Shown here: piece by piece, positions 10,210 through 20,125 of the stretch
How the letters are laid out: each line of letters starts with the position of its first letter
Numbering within the stretch: the first letter of the stretch is position 1
IMG/VR virus record: IMGVR_UViG_3300031994_000043
Location: 1-64,000 of that record
Length of the DNA stretch: 64,000 nucleotides
Direction: 5' to 3' (one strand)
Origin: a virus
Taxonomy: Duplodnaviria; Caudoviricetes
Translations under genes and position numbers: made by a program
The notes under the pieces: generated by a model
What the model was told of the DNA's origin: nothing
Databases searched by the model: none
The model's input: only the letters and a program-made list of their open reading frames with translations

Positions 10210-10511
10210 TTGAAATCCTCTTTTAATTCTTCAGTTCGTTTTTGTTCTTTAATTTGTTTGAACCATAAAGATTTTCTATCAAAGAATTCTCTTAATTTAT
10301 CTTCTTTATTAAACAGTGTAAAGCCATCTATATTATCTGGGTCATTCTTTTCAGGCACAAAATGGTAATCTTCACCATAGTGGCTTTGAATATAATCAAA
10401 CCAGCCAATTCGTTCACCCATAAAATAAACACCACTGGAAATTGAAATCTTCAATGAATAATCACCAAATACTTTAAACAGTTCCTTCATCGTCATCGGT
10501 AAAATCCTCAT
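10206..10511 (-). CDS. DF-tail family protein (start uncertain)
   Basis: Ends RTEELKEDFK. Confidence 0.7.
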   Translation of the reverse strand: MRILPMTMKELFKVFGDYSLKISISSGVYFMGERIGWFDYIQSHYGEDYHFVPEKNDPDNIDGFTLFNKEDKLREFFDRKSLWFKQIKEQKRTEELKEDFK

Positions 10512-10818
10512 TCAGTTCTCTTATTTTCAATTCCTGTTTGTATTTCTTATATGCCAGTTCAAATTCAATAAATTTCAATCTGCAAAATTCATAACAATCA
10601 CCATTAGTTCCGAAAATCAAAGTATAAACTAAACCATTCTTGTCTATACCAGTTAAATAAGAATTTAAATCATAAGTTCCATTAGTACATCTGAAATCAA
10701 ATACATCTGGAACATTATGGTTTATAATTGGCATTGACAAAGTAATTGAATTTGTATACTGGTTTTTTAACAAATTAAATTCTTTTGCCAATTTAATTAT
10801 ATCATCAGGTTTAATCAT
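10474..10818 (-). CDS. DF-tail family protein
   Basis: KIRELNEDF plus short extension. Confidence 0.7.
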   Translation of the reverse strand: MIKPDDIIKLAKEFNLLKNQYTNSITLSMPIINHNVPDVFDFRCTNGTYDLNSYLTGIDKNGLVYTLIFGTNGDCYEFCRLKFIEFELAYKKYKQELKIRELNEDFTDDDEGTV

Positions 10819-11141
10819 CTAAAATCTTCCTTCAAATTTCTTTCCCTTTCGGCCTGTATGATTTCCTTCTTTATTTTCGTCATATTATTCAAATGCTTTT
10901 TATAATTGTATTCTGATATATCAGTCAATTCAACTGGTTCAACTGGGTAAATTTTATCTATGCTAAACTGCATTCCTATTGGATAATTCCAATCTATACA
11001 ACATCTCAATTTTCGTTCGTTAGCAAATTCAGCTAGCCAGACACCATCTCGTTTATCATTAACCGCGAAAATTACACTTCCACCGTCAATGTAAGTATAT
11101 CCACATTCTTCAGTATATCGTTTAAATTCTTCGTTAGTCAA
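10815..11141 (-). CDS. DF-tail family protein
   Basis: Ends RERNLKEDFR. Confidence 0.7.
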   Translation of the reverse strand: MTNEEFKRYTEECGYTYIDGGSVIFAVNDKRDGVWLAEFANERKLRCCIDWNYPIGMQFSIDKIYPVEPVELTDISEYNYKKHLNNMTKIKKEIIQAERERNLKEDFR

Positions 11142-11397
11142 AGTCGCTCTCCATTTCTCCGAGTTTCTTCCTGAGTAATCTTTTCTTCAATTCTAACATT
11201 TTATCGTCTAAATACTCACGCAAACTTTCTTCTTTTGTTGTTCCTACTACACCCTTATCAGTATACAAAAATGCTTTCTGTACTCTTGAAGCATAATCGC
11301 AAACACAATAATCACCTGACATGGCTTGATAAAATATATCTTTTTTTACTCTCAAGCCATATCCTTCACATATTCGTAAAAATGCTAGGAGTGTCAT
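11134..11397 (-). CDS. DF-tail family protein
   Basis: Ends KLGEMESDFD. Confidence 0.7.
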   Translation of the reverse strand: MTLLAFLRICEGYGLRVKKDIFYQAMSGDYCVCDYASRVQKAFLYTDKGVVGTTKEESLREYLDDKMLELKKRLLRKKLGEMESDFD

Positions 11398-11753
11398 TTG
11401 AAATCCTTTTTCATTTTATTCAGTCTCTGTTTTACAATATACTTCTTATAATCGTTAACTGCCTCATTGAACTGTTTTTCTAAAGTCGCTAATTTAGCTT
11501 CGTATTTGTCTTCTGTTATTAGCTTATCCCAGCCAAAACAAGTTATATAAGGAACACCATCTGTTACTGTAAATTTTACTTCTTTGGCAAATGATACCAT
11601 CGGCATTCCAATCAACCCATATCCAACTGCACAACCTTCATATACATTATCCATTGGATGAAAAACATACATTTCACCGACACCGATTTGGTATTCAGTT
11701 TCCCTAACTAAATGATACTTTGTTAGTAATTTGTAAAGTTCTTTTGGGTTCAT
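11394..11753 (-). CDS. DF-tail family protein
   Basis: Ends RLNKMKKDFK. Confidence 0.7.
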   Translation of the reverse strand: MNPKELYKLLTKYHLVRETEYQIGVGEMYVFHPMDNVYEGCAVGYGLIGMPMVSFAKEVKFTVTDGVPYITCFGWDKLITEDKYEAKLATLEKQFNEAVNDYKKYIVKQRLNKMKKDFK

Positions 11754-12019
11754 TCAAAGTCCTTCTTCATTTTTATAATCTTTCTTTCTAATTCTTTTTG
11801 CTTCAAATATGGCAAAATTTCATTTAACCATTCTCTACAAGTACTTTCCGAATTTGTAGAATAATAATTTCCGTCCTCGTCCAATACATCAATTAAATTG
11901 GATGTCAATAAGTACATTACAATCCTACCGTGATAACAAGCAATCGGTCCATCTTCAATCGGGTCCTCTCTCAATTCAAATCCATATTCTTCAACAAGTT
12001 TATTAAATACTTTTTTCAT
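11750..12019 (-). CDS. DF-tail family protein
   Basis: Ends KIIKMKKDFE. Confidence 0.7.
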   Translation of the reverse strand: MKKVFNKLVEEYGFELREDPIEDGPIACYHGRIVMYLLTSNLIDVLDEDGNYYSTNSESTCREWLNEILPYLKQKELERKIIKMKKDFE

Positions 12020-12285
12020 TTGAAATCACTCTCTAATGCAAGTTCTCTAAAATGTACTTTCCACTTCTTAATAATTGGAATATATGCTTTAACACATTCT
12101 TCAGCAAACTTTATATCTTGTGTTTCTTCAAACATACTCTTTTTATTATTATACACAACAACATTGTTATATCCCGCCCCAATAACAAAATAACCCAAAT
12201 AACTTGCTTTTATATTTGGTCCTTGTTCTATTACTAAACCAAATTTATTACTAAATTCATATACTGTCTGTTCCCATTTAGTCAA
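12016..12285 (-). CDS. DF-tail family protein
   Basis: Ends RELALESDFK. Confidence 0.7.
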   Translation of the reverse strand: MTKWEQTVYEFSNKFGLVIEQGPNIKASYLGYFVIGAGYNNVVVYNNKKSMFEETQDIKFAEECVKAYIPIIKKWKVHFRELALESDFK

Positions 12286-12556
12286 AATCCCTCTCCATTT
12301 TTCTCAATCGTTCTTTTCCCAATTCTTTCTTATATTCCAACTCCGCCTTAGCAATATAAGCCAAACACTTTTCTAATTTGTCCACTGCGTCATCCAAATC
12401 ATCTGCATATTGAAATCCCAAATCCGAACCTAACCAAATACTTAAATTATTTGTCCCTGGAAAATATAACATAACTGCATAGCCTAAATAACGAGCCACA
12501 TTATTCTCTACTTCAAACTTGTGTTCATTACTTAGTTTTTCAAAAATTTCTTTCAT
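12278..12556 (-). CDS. DF-tail family protein
   Basis: Ends RLRKMERDFD. Confidence 0.7.
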   Translation of the reverse strand: MKEIFEKLSNEHKFEVENNVARYLGYAVMLYFPGTNNLSIWLGSDLGFQYADDLDDAVDKLEKCLAYIAKAELEYKKELGKERLRKMERDFD

Positions 12557-12831
12557 TAAAAATCCTTCGCAATCTTCCCAAGTTTAATTTCTAATTCTTC
12601 TTTCTTACATTCTATAATAGTGTTTTTCAAAATTACTTCAACATCTGATTTTAAATCCATATAATCACTAAAATCTGTACCCATCCATACTGAAACTTTA
12701 CCATCGGAATTATCATACATCAATACAACTAAATCCTTATAAATGCAGTAAATATAATTCACTTGTTTTTCTACTTTCAATCCATAAGATATAACAAGTT
12801 CATTAAGTTCACTATTAGTCATAACTGACAT
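12556..12831 (-). CDS. DF-tail family protein
   Basis: Ends KLGKIAKDF. Confidence 0.7.
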   Translation of the reverse strand: MSVMTNSELNELVISYGLKVEKQVNYIYCIYKDLVVLMYDNSDGKVSVWMGTDFSDYMDLKSDVEVILKNTIIECKKEELEIKLGKIAKDF

Positions 12832-12839
12832 TTCTCCTT

Positions 12840-13380
12840 AGAAAAAATAAAGTTTTTATAAGCGCAGATTTTTTTCTAACACCCATTTTCCTATAATATA
12901 GAAACTTTCCTATAACTTAGCAATATACAGAAAACACATTTTTTCCATATAGAACTTATAAATATGTTGCCTTAGCAACCCGGACATTTTATAGAGAAAT
13001 CGTCAGTATTTTTCAGCGCTGATTTTTTATTTTTTCACCCAGATTAAGAAACTAATAGAAGTTGCCTTGGCAACCCTAATTGGGTATTTTTCAGTACTGA
13101 ATCAGTTCAGTTTTGAATCAGATTAAGAAACTGACGACTGATTTTTGATAGAGCTTTGGTTCGCCACCATTCGCCCATACACCCCCTATATGGCCTTAAT
13201 ACAAATTTTCAGACCCATCTGACATCCATCCTGCGAAAAATATGCCCAAAAACGGGCATTTTTGGGGCATTTTGGGTGTCTAGGAAATGACATATTTAGG
13301 GTCCCATTTTGGGTTGTATTTTATGACATACGCACTTTCGGCAGTTCAACTGGGGCAGCTCGGGACTGTCAGTATGGCAA
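12840..13380. other. Repeat-containing non-coding region, candidate replication origin
   Basis: GTTGCCTTRGCAACCC x2, CAGATTAAGAAACT x2, inverted repeats; local GC skew flips here. Confidence 0.45.
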
Positions 13381-13707
13381 TTAGAAGTCGGATTGGAGTC
13401 GGGCCTGACGCTGTTGAATCTCAATCTCTTTCAGTTCCTTGACCAGACGATTAAACTTTAAACACATTAACTTGAAAAGTTTAGGGCTAAATTGAGAAAC
13501 AGAGAACAAAAAGATATGTTGATTATCTCTTTGTATATTAGCGGGCATATATAAGGAATCTTTAGATATATTATATTCTAGTATAAAACCACCCACAACA
13601 TAGTTAGAGGGTATGATAGCATGGATAACAAATTGGTTTTGAAGGACAATAGTAAGGTTATATTCCTTACACAGGGAATAGAATAGTTCTTTATTTGAAG
13701 TCTTCAT
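13381..13707 (-). CDS. DF-tail family protein
   Basis: Ends RQARLQSDF. Confidence 0.7.
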   Translation of the reverse strand: MKTSNKELFYSLCKEYNLTIVLQNQFVIHAIIPSNYVVGGFILEYNISKDSLYMPANIQRDNQHIFLFSVSQFSPKLFKLMCLKFNRLVKELKEIEIQQRQARLQSDF

Positions 13708-14014
13708 TTACTTTTTCAATTCGTTTTCTTTCAATAAGGGATTTAAGGAATAAAACGGCTTCATTTATAATAGGGATAGCTTTATCAACGGACTTAGTAT
13801 CTGTATGGAAGAATTCGGGAGAACCCCAACGAAGTATATGGATTTTATTAGTAACTTGGAATACGGGTTTACCTTTATAGAAACCAGTATAGGTATGTTC
13901 ATCAATAGAATTTAAACCTAAACCTTTAGTTTCTTTTACTTCTGTGACATAGGGACGCAGTTTATCAACTACTTCTTCTGCATTGAAGGTATAATTTAAT
14001 CTAGAAGTCTTCAT
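13691..14014 (-). CDS. DF-tail family protein
   Basis: Ends RIEKVNEDFK. Confidence 0.7.
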   Translation of the reverse strand: MKTSRLNYTFNAEEVVDKLRPYVTEVKETKGLGLNSIDEHTYTGFYKGKPVFQVTNKIHILRWGSPEFFHTDTKSVDKAIPIINEAVLFLKSLIERKRIEKVNEDFK

Positions 14015-14315
14015 TTATTTGTGTTACCTTACATAGATTATCAAATTCTTTTATAGTTCTCATAGTAGTAGATAAGGCTTTTAATGCAGGTTTTTCTGTT
14101 TTATAATACTTTGAAGACCAATCTGTACTTACATATAACTTACCTTCATTATCATATTGTTTAATGATTTTGATAGAGTGAATAGTTATATCTTTAGATA
14201 ACTTATCATAATAAAACAAGTAGTATTCCGGAGCAGAATACTTACCAACAACATCCACATCAGTTTCATAAACTTTAGGTACTAAAGTTTTAAATTTATC
14301 AACATTAGCAATCAT
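14001..14315 (-). CDS. DF-tail family protein
   Basis: Ends KVTQINEDF. Confidence 0.7.
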   Translation of the reverse strand: MIANVDKFKTLVPKVYETDVDVVGKYSAPEYYLFYYDKLSKDITIHSIKIIKQYDNEGKLYVSTDWSSKYYKTEKPALKALSTTMRTIKEFDNLCKVTQINEDF

Positions 14316-14625
14316 CTTGTATTCTCTTAAGTTTTTCGTGATAACCTGGAAATTTAAGTTCTAGGAAAGTATCTTTGATTTTAGGTAACAAACGGAGGAC
14401 ATCAAAGTAGTTCTTACAGACTTCATAGTCCCAGTCAAGTCTAGTACCTTGCATTTCAATATGAAATTCATTTATAAAATGAACTGCCATATTATGTTCA
14501 CCGAAATAGGTAAACATTGTAAAACCATTCAAGCAACCAAGGACCCAACCATCGTGGGTTTTAAATTCCATATAGGGACTTAGTAAGTCTTTTATTTTCT
14601 TCCATTCAAGTTCTTTAGAAGTCAT
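14305..14625 (-). CDS. DF-tail family protein (DC variant)
   Basis: Ends KLKRIQDDC. Confidence 0.65.
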   Translation of the reverse strand: MTSKELEWKKIKDLLSPYMEFKTHDGWVLGCLNGFTMFTYFGEHNMAVHFINEFHIEMQGTRLDWDYEVCKNYFDVLRLLPKIKDTFLELKFPGYHEKLKRIQDDC

Positions 14626-14974
14626 CTTTAATCTTCTTCAATCGTTGAGTTTCTAGGTGTCTTTTATAGTTTCGTTCAAATCGTGCAAGTTTACTTTGGA
14701 GATAATCTAATTTTCTGTATGCATCTTCCAAGGTTGTATATCTTCCCCAACCAATACAGGCTATATCGGAATCACCTGGAGTGTATTCAAAGTCATTTAC
14801 AATCAAGAAGTTATTATGTTCATCAACCTTAGCAGTATAACCATAAAACTCTAGGGCAGATGGGAAATTATAACAATTCCATCCATCAATCTTACTCAAT
14901 GAATACTTTAGAACACAAGCATTCAACAGCTCTTGTGCGTTAAGTGTGTCCTTTGCCATAGTTAGTATCTCCAT
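14615..14974 (-). CDS. DF-tail family protein
   Basis: Ends RLKKIKDDF. Confidence 0.7.
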   Translation of the reverse strand: MEILTMAKDTLNAQELLNACVLKYSLSKIDGWNCYNFPSALEFYGYTAKVDEHNNFLIVNDFEYTPGDSDIACIGWGRYTTLEDAYRKLDYLQSKLARFERNYKRHLETQRLKKIKDDF

Positions 14975-15005
14975 ATCCCCAGGTTTACTGGGGCTTGTAC
15001 GTCAA

Positions 15006-15494
15006 TTACTGTAGATTACTGACAATCTCGTCAAACATTCCGTCAATGGATTTGGCTTGAGAGAACAGTACAGAATGTCCACCAGCATTGCGGTAGTTCT
15101 CAACATTCTTTTCCTTATCGTCAATTAGGATAGAATCAGGCGTGGCTTCTTGATGCTTAAAATTACCATTGTTGATAATCTTAATTAGTTCCTTCGGAAT
15201 GAATGGAGCATACTTCTTTAACCAAGCTTTCTTTCCACTCTTACCTTCCCAAAGATGAACGGCAGAGAAGATACCAACCTGAACATTTGGATTCTTATCG
15301 GCATATTCTTTCACCTTCTTCAAGAGCATAAGGCCCTCTGGGATTGGCTTCATATCACTCCAAAATGACGGACCAATCTCCTTCATCTTATTCCAATTAC
15401 ACTTATGAACATCGGGTTTCCAACATTCAAGTTCATCACAACGGGACTCAAAATCACAAAGCACACCGTCCATATCAAAGTAAATCGTTTTCAT
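15006..15494 (-). CDS. HAD-family 5'(3')-deoxyribonucleotidase (NT5C-like)
   Basis: IYFDMDGVLCDF, K..WL, ILIDD motifs. Confidence 0.85.
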   Translation of the reverse strand: MKTIYFDMDGVLCDFESRCDELECWKPDVHKCNWNKMKEIGPSFWSDMKPIPEGLMLLKKVKEYADKNPNVQVGIFSAVHLWEGKSGKKAWLKKYAPFIPKELIKIINNGNFKHQEATPDSILIDDKEKNVENYRNAGGHSVLFSQAKSIDGMFDEIVSNLQ

Positions 15495-15496
15495 TT

Positions 15497-15688
15497 TTAA
15501 TTATCCTTTTCGTTTAACCAGTTCATTACCTTCTTGTCTTTCAGCGTTAAGAACAGAAAAAGCAAGAAGCCCATATTTATTACTGCCACAATAGACAAAT
15601 CTTGTGTAATCAAGTATACAATAAGATTTGTTACAATCCAAAGGGCGGCTGTGACATTTACAAACATATCTTTTCTAGGTGTTCTCAT
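15497..15688 (-). CDS. Small membrane protein
   Basis: Two hydrophobic segments; AAGGA RBS. Confidence 0.6.
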   Translation of the reverse strand: MRTPRKDMFVNVTAALWIVTNLIVYLITQDLSIVAVINMGFLLFLFLTLKDKKVMNWLNEKDN

Positions 15689-15920
15689 TATTTTGTCCTT
15701 TTGTTAAAATTTAAATCTCGGGGGATTTTCACCACCATCTTCAGCTTGGTATTCTGCTGCACTAGAGTCTAAGCACTTTATGCTACGAGATTTGTTTTTA
15801 CATATACAAATATAGATTATTTTGCGGTATTTGTCAATCAAAGTTTTGTAAACTTTTATAAACAAAAAATGCCTCCGTTTGATAGGAGGCGGCCTTAATT
15901 GGTAATTATGAAAAAAAACT

Positions 15921-16400
15921 TTAACTATGCCATTCTTCATTTAGATTATAACCAGGTTTGGTTTGTAATCTTTTAGCTTCTGTAATACCTTGTGGGCATT
16001 GAACATTGAGCTGATGCATAAATCTCTTAAACATACCATTGTCAAAAGCATAAGGAATCTGGTCCTTAATCACATATTCTACGGAAGTAGAATCATAAAA
16101 TCTGTCAATCAACACCCTAAGTGCTCGTTTTAAGGCTAATGCTCTGCCATAAGCATACACATAATTGTCCTTTTTCGCACATACTGCAACGGCTTTGGCT
16201 AGTAATAGTTTAGATATAGTTTCCGGGTGTTTAGGTGAAGGACACCCACGAACCTTAGAATTTGGGTATTGGTATTCAAGTTCATTCGTAGCAAGGCCTG
16301 TCATTTCCCATATTTCACAGGTACAAGTCTTATTTTTATGAGTGAAGAATACTTGGAATTTACGGTCTTTTCCGTCTGTACATTTAGTTGTAAAAATCAT
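15921..16400 (-). CDS. Hypothetical protein
   Basis: ORF with RBS and early promoter; AVCAKKD..Y..GRALALKRA motif. Confidence 0.65.
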   Translation of the reverse strand: MIFTTKCTDGKDRKFQVFFTHKNKTCTCEIWEMTGLATNELEYQYPNSKVRGCPSPKHPETISKLLLAKAVAVCAKKDNYVYAYGRALALKRALRVLIDRFYDSTSVEYVIKDQIPYAFDNGMFKRFMHQLNVQCPQGITEAKRLQTKPGYNLNEEWHS

Positions 16401-16469
16401 TGTCTTTTCCTTTTTTATGTAAAATTATATTATATCTGTCTGGTTGTCAATAGAAGTGTAAAATATAAT

Positions 16470-17465
16470 TTACTCAAAGAAATCTGATATTGTTGATACA
16501 CTTGCTTTCTTATTAAGGATGTTTTCAAAATCATTATTGATGCGAGTGAACACCTTTTGATACGTTTTATCATCAAAGGTCACAGTTAAATCTTCCCATC
16601 CAGGCATATTTTCATCAAGTAGAATCTTTAATTGCGGCCATAACTTCTCATAATAATTAGGCACAAATCTAATTCCCCAACAGTTCCATTCATTAGACCA
16701 ATGAACCTTGCAGTTCTGTTTAATTATTCTCAGAGCATTTATATTGTTCTTCATTACATTGGTTGAGGTTGAGGCAATAGAAGAATAAGATTTACTTCTT
16801 TGAGTATTAAATTCAAAATACAGAAATTCAAATGAGTAATACTTCTGTTCGTTACACCAGCAATCATACCAGATAACATTATCTTCAGACACATTCTGTA
16901 AATCTCTAAACATACACTGCGGATGGTCTTTAACCCACTTATTATTAAAACAGAATGTCTGGTAGAAATAGGTATTTTTGTATAACTTATCTGACAGAAT
17001 ATTTGTATTTGCTCCAGCACCACCGGAAATTGTATTAGAATACTTCTTATGAACTTCTTCAAGTATACCAAAAGCATTTTTAATTGGGATATATTTACTT
17101 GTTACACTCCCATTTTCTTTAAAGCATCTTACTTTAGCCTTTCTTATATCGTCATCAATCATTATATAATTTTCAATTTCAGGACGATTATTAGCCAAAT
17201 ATACTTGAATCCAATGTCTTTTTCGTTGAATACTGCGCCATTTTTCAGGAATTTGGACGATTTCTACTTGATTATCTTCATATTGCTTGTATTTTGGATA
17301 ATCTGTATCGTAGATAAAGAGCATTATTTTATTATCACTTAATGATTTTAAATCCTTTAGGATAGTGCCTTCTCTGTTTTGATATGAAGGAATCACTATA
17401 GGGCATTTAGGTAAATAATCTTGATAATGTTCACTATAAAATTTTATTTGTTCTAATTCTGTCAT
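16470..17465 (-). CDS. Second GT-A glycosyltransferase (GREB1/TET-associated-like)
   Basis: PIVIPSYQNR, KRHWI, YIMIDDDI, SED motifs. Confidence 0.7.
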   Translation of the reverse strand: MTELEQIKFYSEHYQDYLPKCPIVIPSYQNREGTILKDLKSLSDNKIMLFIYDTDYPKYKQYEDNQVEIVQIPEKWRSIQRKRHWIQVYLANNRPEIENYIMIDDDIRKAKVRCFKENGSVTSKYIPIKNAFGILEEVHKKYSNTISGGAGANTNILSDKLYKNTYFYQTFCFNNKWVKDHPQCMFRDLQNVSEDNVIWYDCWCNEQKYYSFEFLYFEFNTQRSKSYSSIASTSTNVMKNNINALRIIKQNCKVHWSNEWNCWGIRFVPNYYEKLWPQLKILLDENMPGWEDLTVTFDDKTYQKVFTRINNDFENILNKKASVSTISDFFE

Positions 17466-17544
17466 ATCAGTATGTATATACGAAAAATGGGTGGGCTTTG
17501 TGCCCGCCCCATTTCAATTAACCGGAGAGTTAATTATGGTTAGA

Positions 17545-18219
17545 TTAAGCCTTCTTGACTTCGGCCTTAGGAGCCTGTGGCTTCTTTCCACGCTTCTTGG
17601 CATTAAAAGCCTTCTGCAAGAAAATCAAACCACCACCTTCGGCAAACAACTGGCCATTGATGAACAACTGGCGACCGAACACACGCTTGTGGTCATTCTT
17701 CATTGGCTTCACATGACCGATGATAAGCTTGAAATCGCCCTGAGGAACCTTACCTGTGAGAGTAGTGTCAGTCATTGTAAATTCGGACTTGTGTTCCTTA
17801 ATGTAGGCACACATAGCCTTAATTTCGTTGAAATCACAATCCTTAACACGTTCACGAGGAGCCTTCGTAGTTGTCAATCCGTGTACAATCTTATACAAAT
17901 ACTCCTTCTTGTATTCGCCCAGTTCAACCTTCTGTTCCGCACCGTCCACAACGCGGTAGAGTTCACGCTTCTTAAACTGCTTACCACTCTTACCAGTCTT
18001 GGCAACGAGCTTCACAATGTAGTCATTTACCTTGGAATCAACTTCAACACTCGGAAAACGCCAGGAGTTGTCATCAATCTTGACGATAGACTGCTTGTTG
18101 GTTGAAACCATATCACGGAGCTTACTTGCTAGAAGTTCGCGGGAGTTCATCTTTGTTGGCTGAGCCATAGTTGAATTAGTCTTCATAGTTTTATTCCTTT
18201 TAGTTAAATTGTTAAACAT
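17545..18219 (-). CDS. Basic hypothetical early protein (probable start 18186)
   Basis: Long ORF, AAGGA RBS before MKTNST, early promoter upstream. Confidence 0.7.
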   Translation of the reverse strand: MFNNLTKRNKTMKTNSTMAQPTKMNSRELLASKLRDMVSTNKQSIVKIDDNSWRFPSVEVDSKVNDYIVKLVAKTGKSGKQFKKRELYRVVDGAEQKVELGEYKKEYLYKIVHGLTTTKAPRERVKDCDFNEIKAMCAYIKEHKSEFTMTDTTLTGKVPQGDFKLIIGHVKPMKNDHKRVFGRQLFINGQLFAEGGGLIFLQKAFNAKKRGKKPQAPKAEVKKA

Positions 18220-18294
18220 TCAACATAATCAAATGTAAAAAATACGAAACAAGTTGTCAATAGTTACATTGACAACTTTTGTTCCGATTAGAAC

Positions 18295-18675
18295 TTAGAG
18301 TTTGATAGTCAAACGATACTTGTCAGCATTAGGTTCTTTCTTGATTACTTCGGAAAGGGAGGCAATCATCTTGATGACCTTTTCACGCGGGATGAGCATA
18401 TCAATCTTGTCATCGTCGGCAACATACTTAATTCGCTTCTGTTCCTTGGCGAGAGCCTGTTCAGCAGCTGCGAGTGCGTCCTGTTCTGCCTTGATGCGGG
18501 CCTTGTGTTCGGCAATTTCCTGTTCCCAATTTCGCTCAGGCTGAGGTGATGGAGGTGCCGGACGGCGAATCTGTGCCGGCTTGATGACACGCTGGTCATA
18601 CTCTTCCAATTCATTTCCCTGAAGAACATTGAGAAGGTCACCGAGATTCAAGAACTGATAGTTGGTATTTTGCAT
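18295..18675 (-). CDS. Hypothetical early protein
   Basis: ORF with RBS and early promoter. Confidence 0.7.
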   Translation of the reverse strand: MQNTNYQFLNLGDLLNVLQGNELEEYDQRVIKPAQIRRPAPPSPQPERNWEQEIAEHKARIKAEQDALAAAEQALAKEQKRIKYVADDDKIDMLIPREKVIKMIASLSEVIKKEPNADKYRLTIKL

Positions 18676-18780
18676 TAGTTTTCCTTTTGTTAAAATGTTT
18701 TTGTCATTGTCATATTATAATATAGTAAATAAACTTATGGTTGTCAATGGTTTTTTACCCATTTTTATGTAAAATTTTAT

Positions 18781-19533
18781 TTACTTTTTAATAATATAGT
18801 TGTCATAGCAGTTCGTCATTACAGGTTTTTCAAACATTTTCATATAACCTTCGGCAACTTGCTTGATTTCGTCATAAGTTCCAATATAAGTACAGTATTC
18901 TTCTTTAGTGAAAGGCCAATAAGCATTTATTCTCCAACACTGTACATTCTTTGATTTAATAGTGAATGATTCAAAGGTTATGTTATATAAACTGTTGCCA
19001 TTTTTGACAAACTTATAGGTATTATACATCGCAGCTGGGCTACAAGGATGTTCTGAAGAAAACTCATAACCATACTTCTCTGCCAATGTCATAAAATCAA
19101 GTTCTATTTCATCGGTGTTTATATCGTTAATTTTTCGTGCAGTTTCCGTTTCTTTTCGTTTTAATTCATACTTAGCCGCTGGTTCCGCATATTTCTGTTT
19201 ATATGCTTCAAACAGTTCTTCAAGTGTTAAGGCCATATTCTTAAAGAAAGGTCTGGAAACATAAGTATAATCGGACTGTATATCTGCCAAATAAAAATTA
19301 TCCGAACCAGGTTGTTTTTCTTCAAACTTAAAGTATAACTCGGCACCGCGTTCATTCCATACAATGTTTGAATAAACAGTTATAGAACTATTTTTCCAGT
19401 TATAATTATATGTTCGGTAATTATACAGTTTAGCAAAATCTTCAATTTCTTGCCTTGTATAATAAGAAAACTTCTCTGCAAAATAATGAGAAGTTTTATC
19501 TTTTGAAATGTTATTATTAGTTACAATTTTCAT
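18781..19533 (-). CDS. Hypothetical protein, apparently two tandem DF-family-like domains
   Basis: Internal RKINDINTDEIELDF followed by second F..L...YGY start motif. Confidence 0.6.
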   Translation of the reverse strand: MKIVTNNNISKDKTSHYFAEKFSYYTRQEIEDFAKLYNYRTYNYNWKNSSITVYSNIVWNERGAELYFKFEEKQPGSDNFYLADIQSDYTYVSRPFFKNMALTLEELFEAYKQKYAEPAAKYELKRKETETARKINDINTDEIELDFMTLAEKYGYEFSSEHPCSPAAMYNTYKFVKNGNSLYNITFESFTIKSKNVQCWRINAYWPFTKEEYCTYIGTYDEIKQVAEGYMKMFEKPVMTNCYDNYIIKK

Positions 19534-19549
19534 AGTTATCCTTTATGTA

Positions 19550-19635
19550 AAGAGGTGGAGGGATTCGGACCCCCGGACCCTTGCGGATCTCCTGTTTAGT
19601 AGACAGGCCTATTAAACCAGCTCTAGCACACCTCC
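19550..19635 (-). tRNA. tRNA-Ser(ACT)
   Basis: Cloverleaf with long variable arm; anticodon loop CTACTAA. Confidence 0.8.
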
Positions 19636-19644
19636 ATAAACCCG

Positions 19645-19800
19645 TTAGTAATCATACTTTTCGGATTGTTTCTTTTCAGTCTTTTCCTTCTTAATTCCAG
19701 CTTGTTTTGCGAAAGACTTTGCCATCTTTCTCATCTTTTCCCAACGGGCCTGTTTCTGTTCTTCAGTTTCCTTTTCTTTTACTTCTTTTCTCTTTTTCAT
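19645..19800 (-). CDS. Small basic protein (51 aa)
   Basis: MKKRKEVKEKETEEQ...; AAGGA RBS; below ORF-track cutoff. Confidence 0.55.
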   Translation of the reverse strand: MKKRKEVKEKETEEQKQARWEKMRKMAKSFAKQAGIKKEKTEKKQSEKYDY

Positions 19801-20010
19801 CTTGTTTTTCCTTCAAAAAGTTCGGGTATTGGTCTGCGCCCAGCGATAGTTGAGTTGCTACCTAAACCATACATTCTCTTTCAAATCTTCGTGCCTTGCG
19901 ACAAGGATAACTCACCAAACCTTTCACAGAGGTCTTACTACGGGCTTCTTGAACACGCATTCTAGAACTGTGTGCAGAGAATTATACCCAATTCTGTTTA
20001 TAAAAAATAG

Positions 20011-20125
20011 CGGGTGCCGGGGATTTGAACCACCACCTGGATGTTATATATTACTATATAAGTGTAATATATGTTTTAATCTATTATTATATCTCTATGT
20101 CCCGTACTACTTATACGAAGCACCC
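20011..20125 (-). ncRNA. tRNA-like RNA with long AT-rich insert in place of the anticodon loop
   Basis: Acceptor GGGTGCT/GGCACCC, D-stem, TTCAAAT T-loop. Confidence 0.55.

Noticed and set aside
10206-12831. DF tail as a by-product of an overlapping RBS (AGGA in K/E-D codons) or as a recombination site
   Set aside because: The tail persists in genes with no coupled downstream ORF (13381, 31544, 42406) and with varied codons; RBS overlap may still contribute in some members
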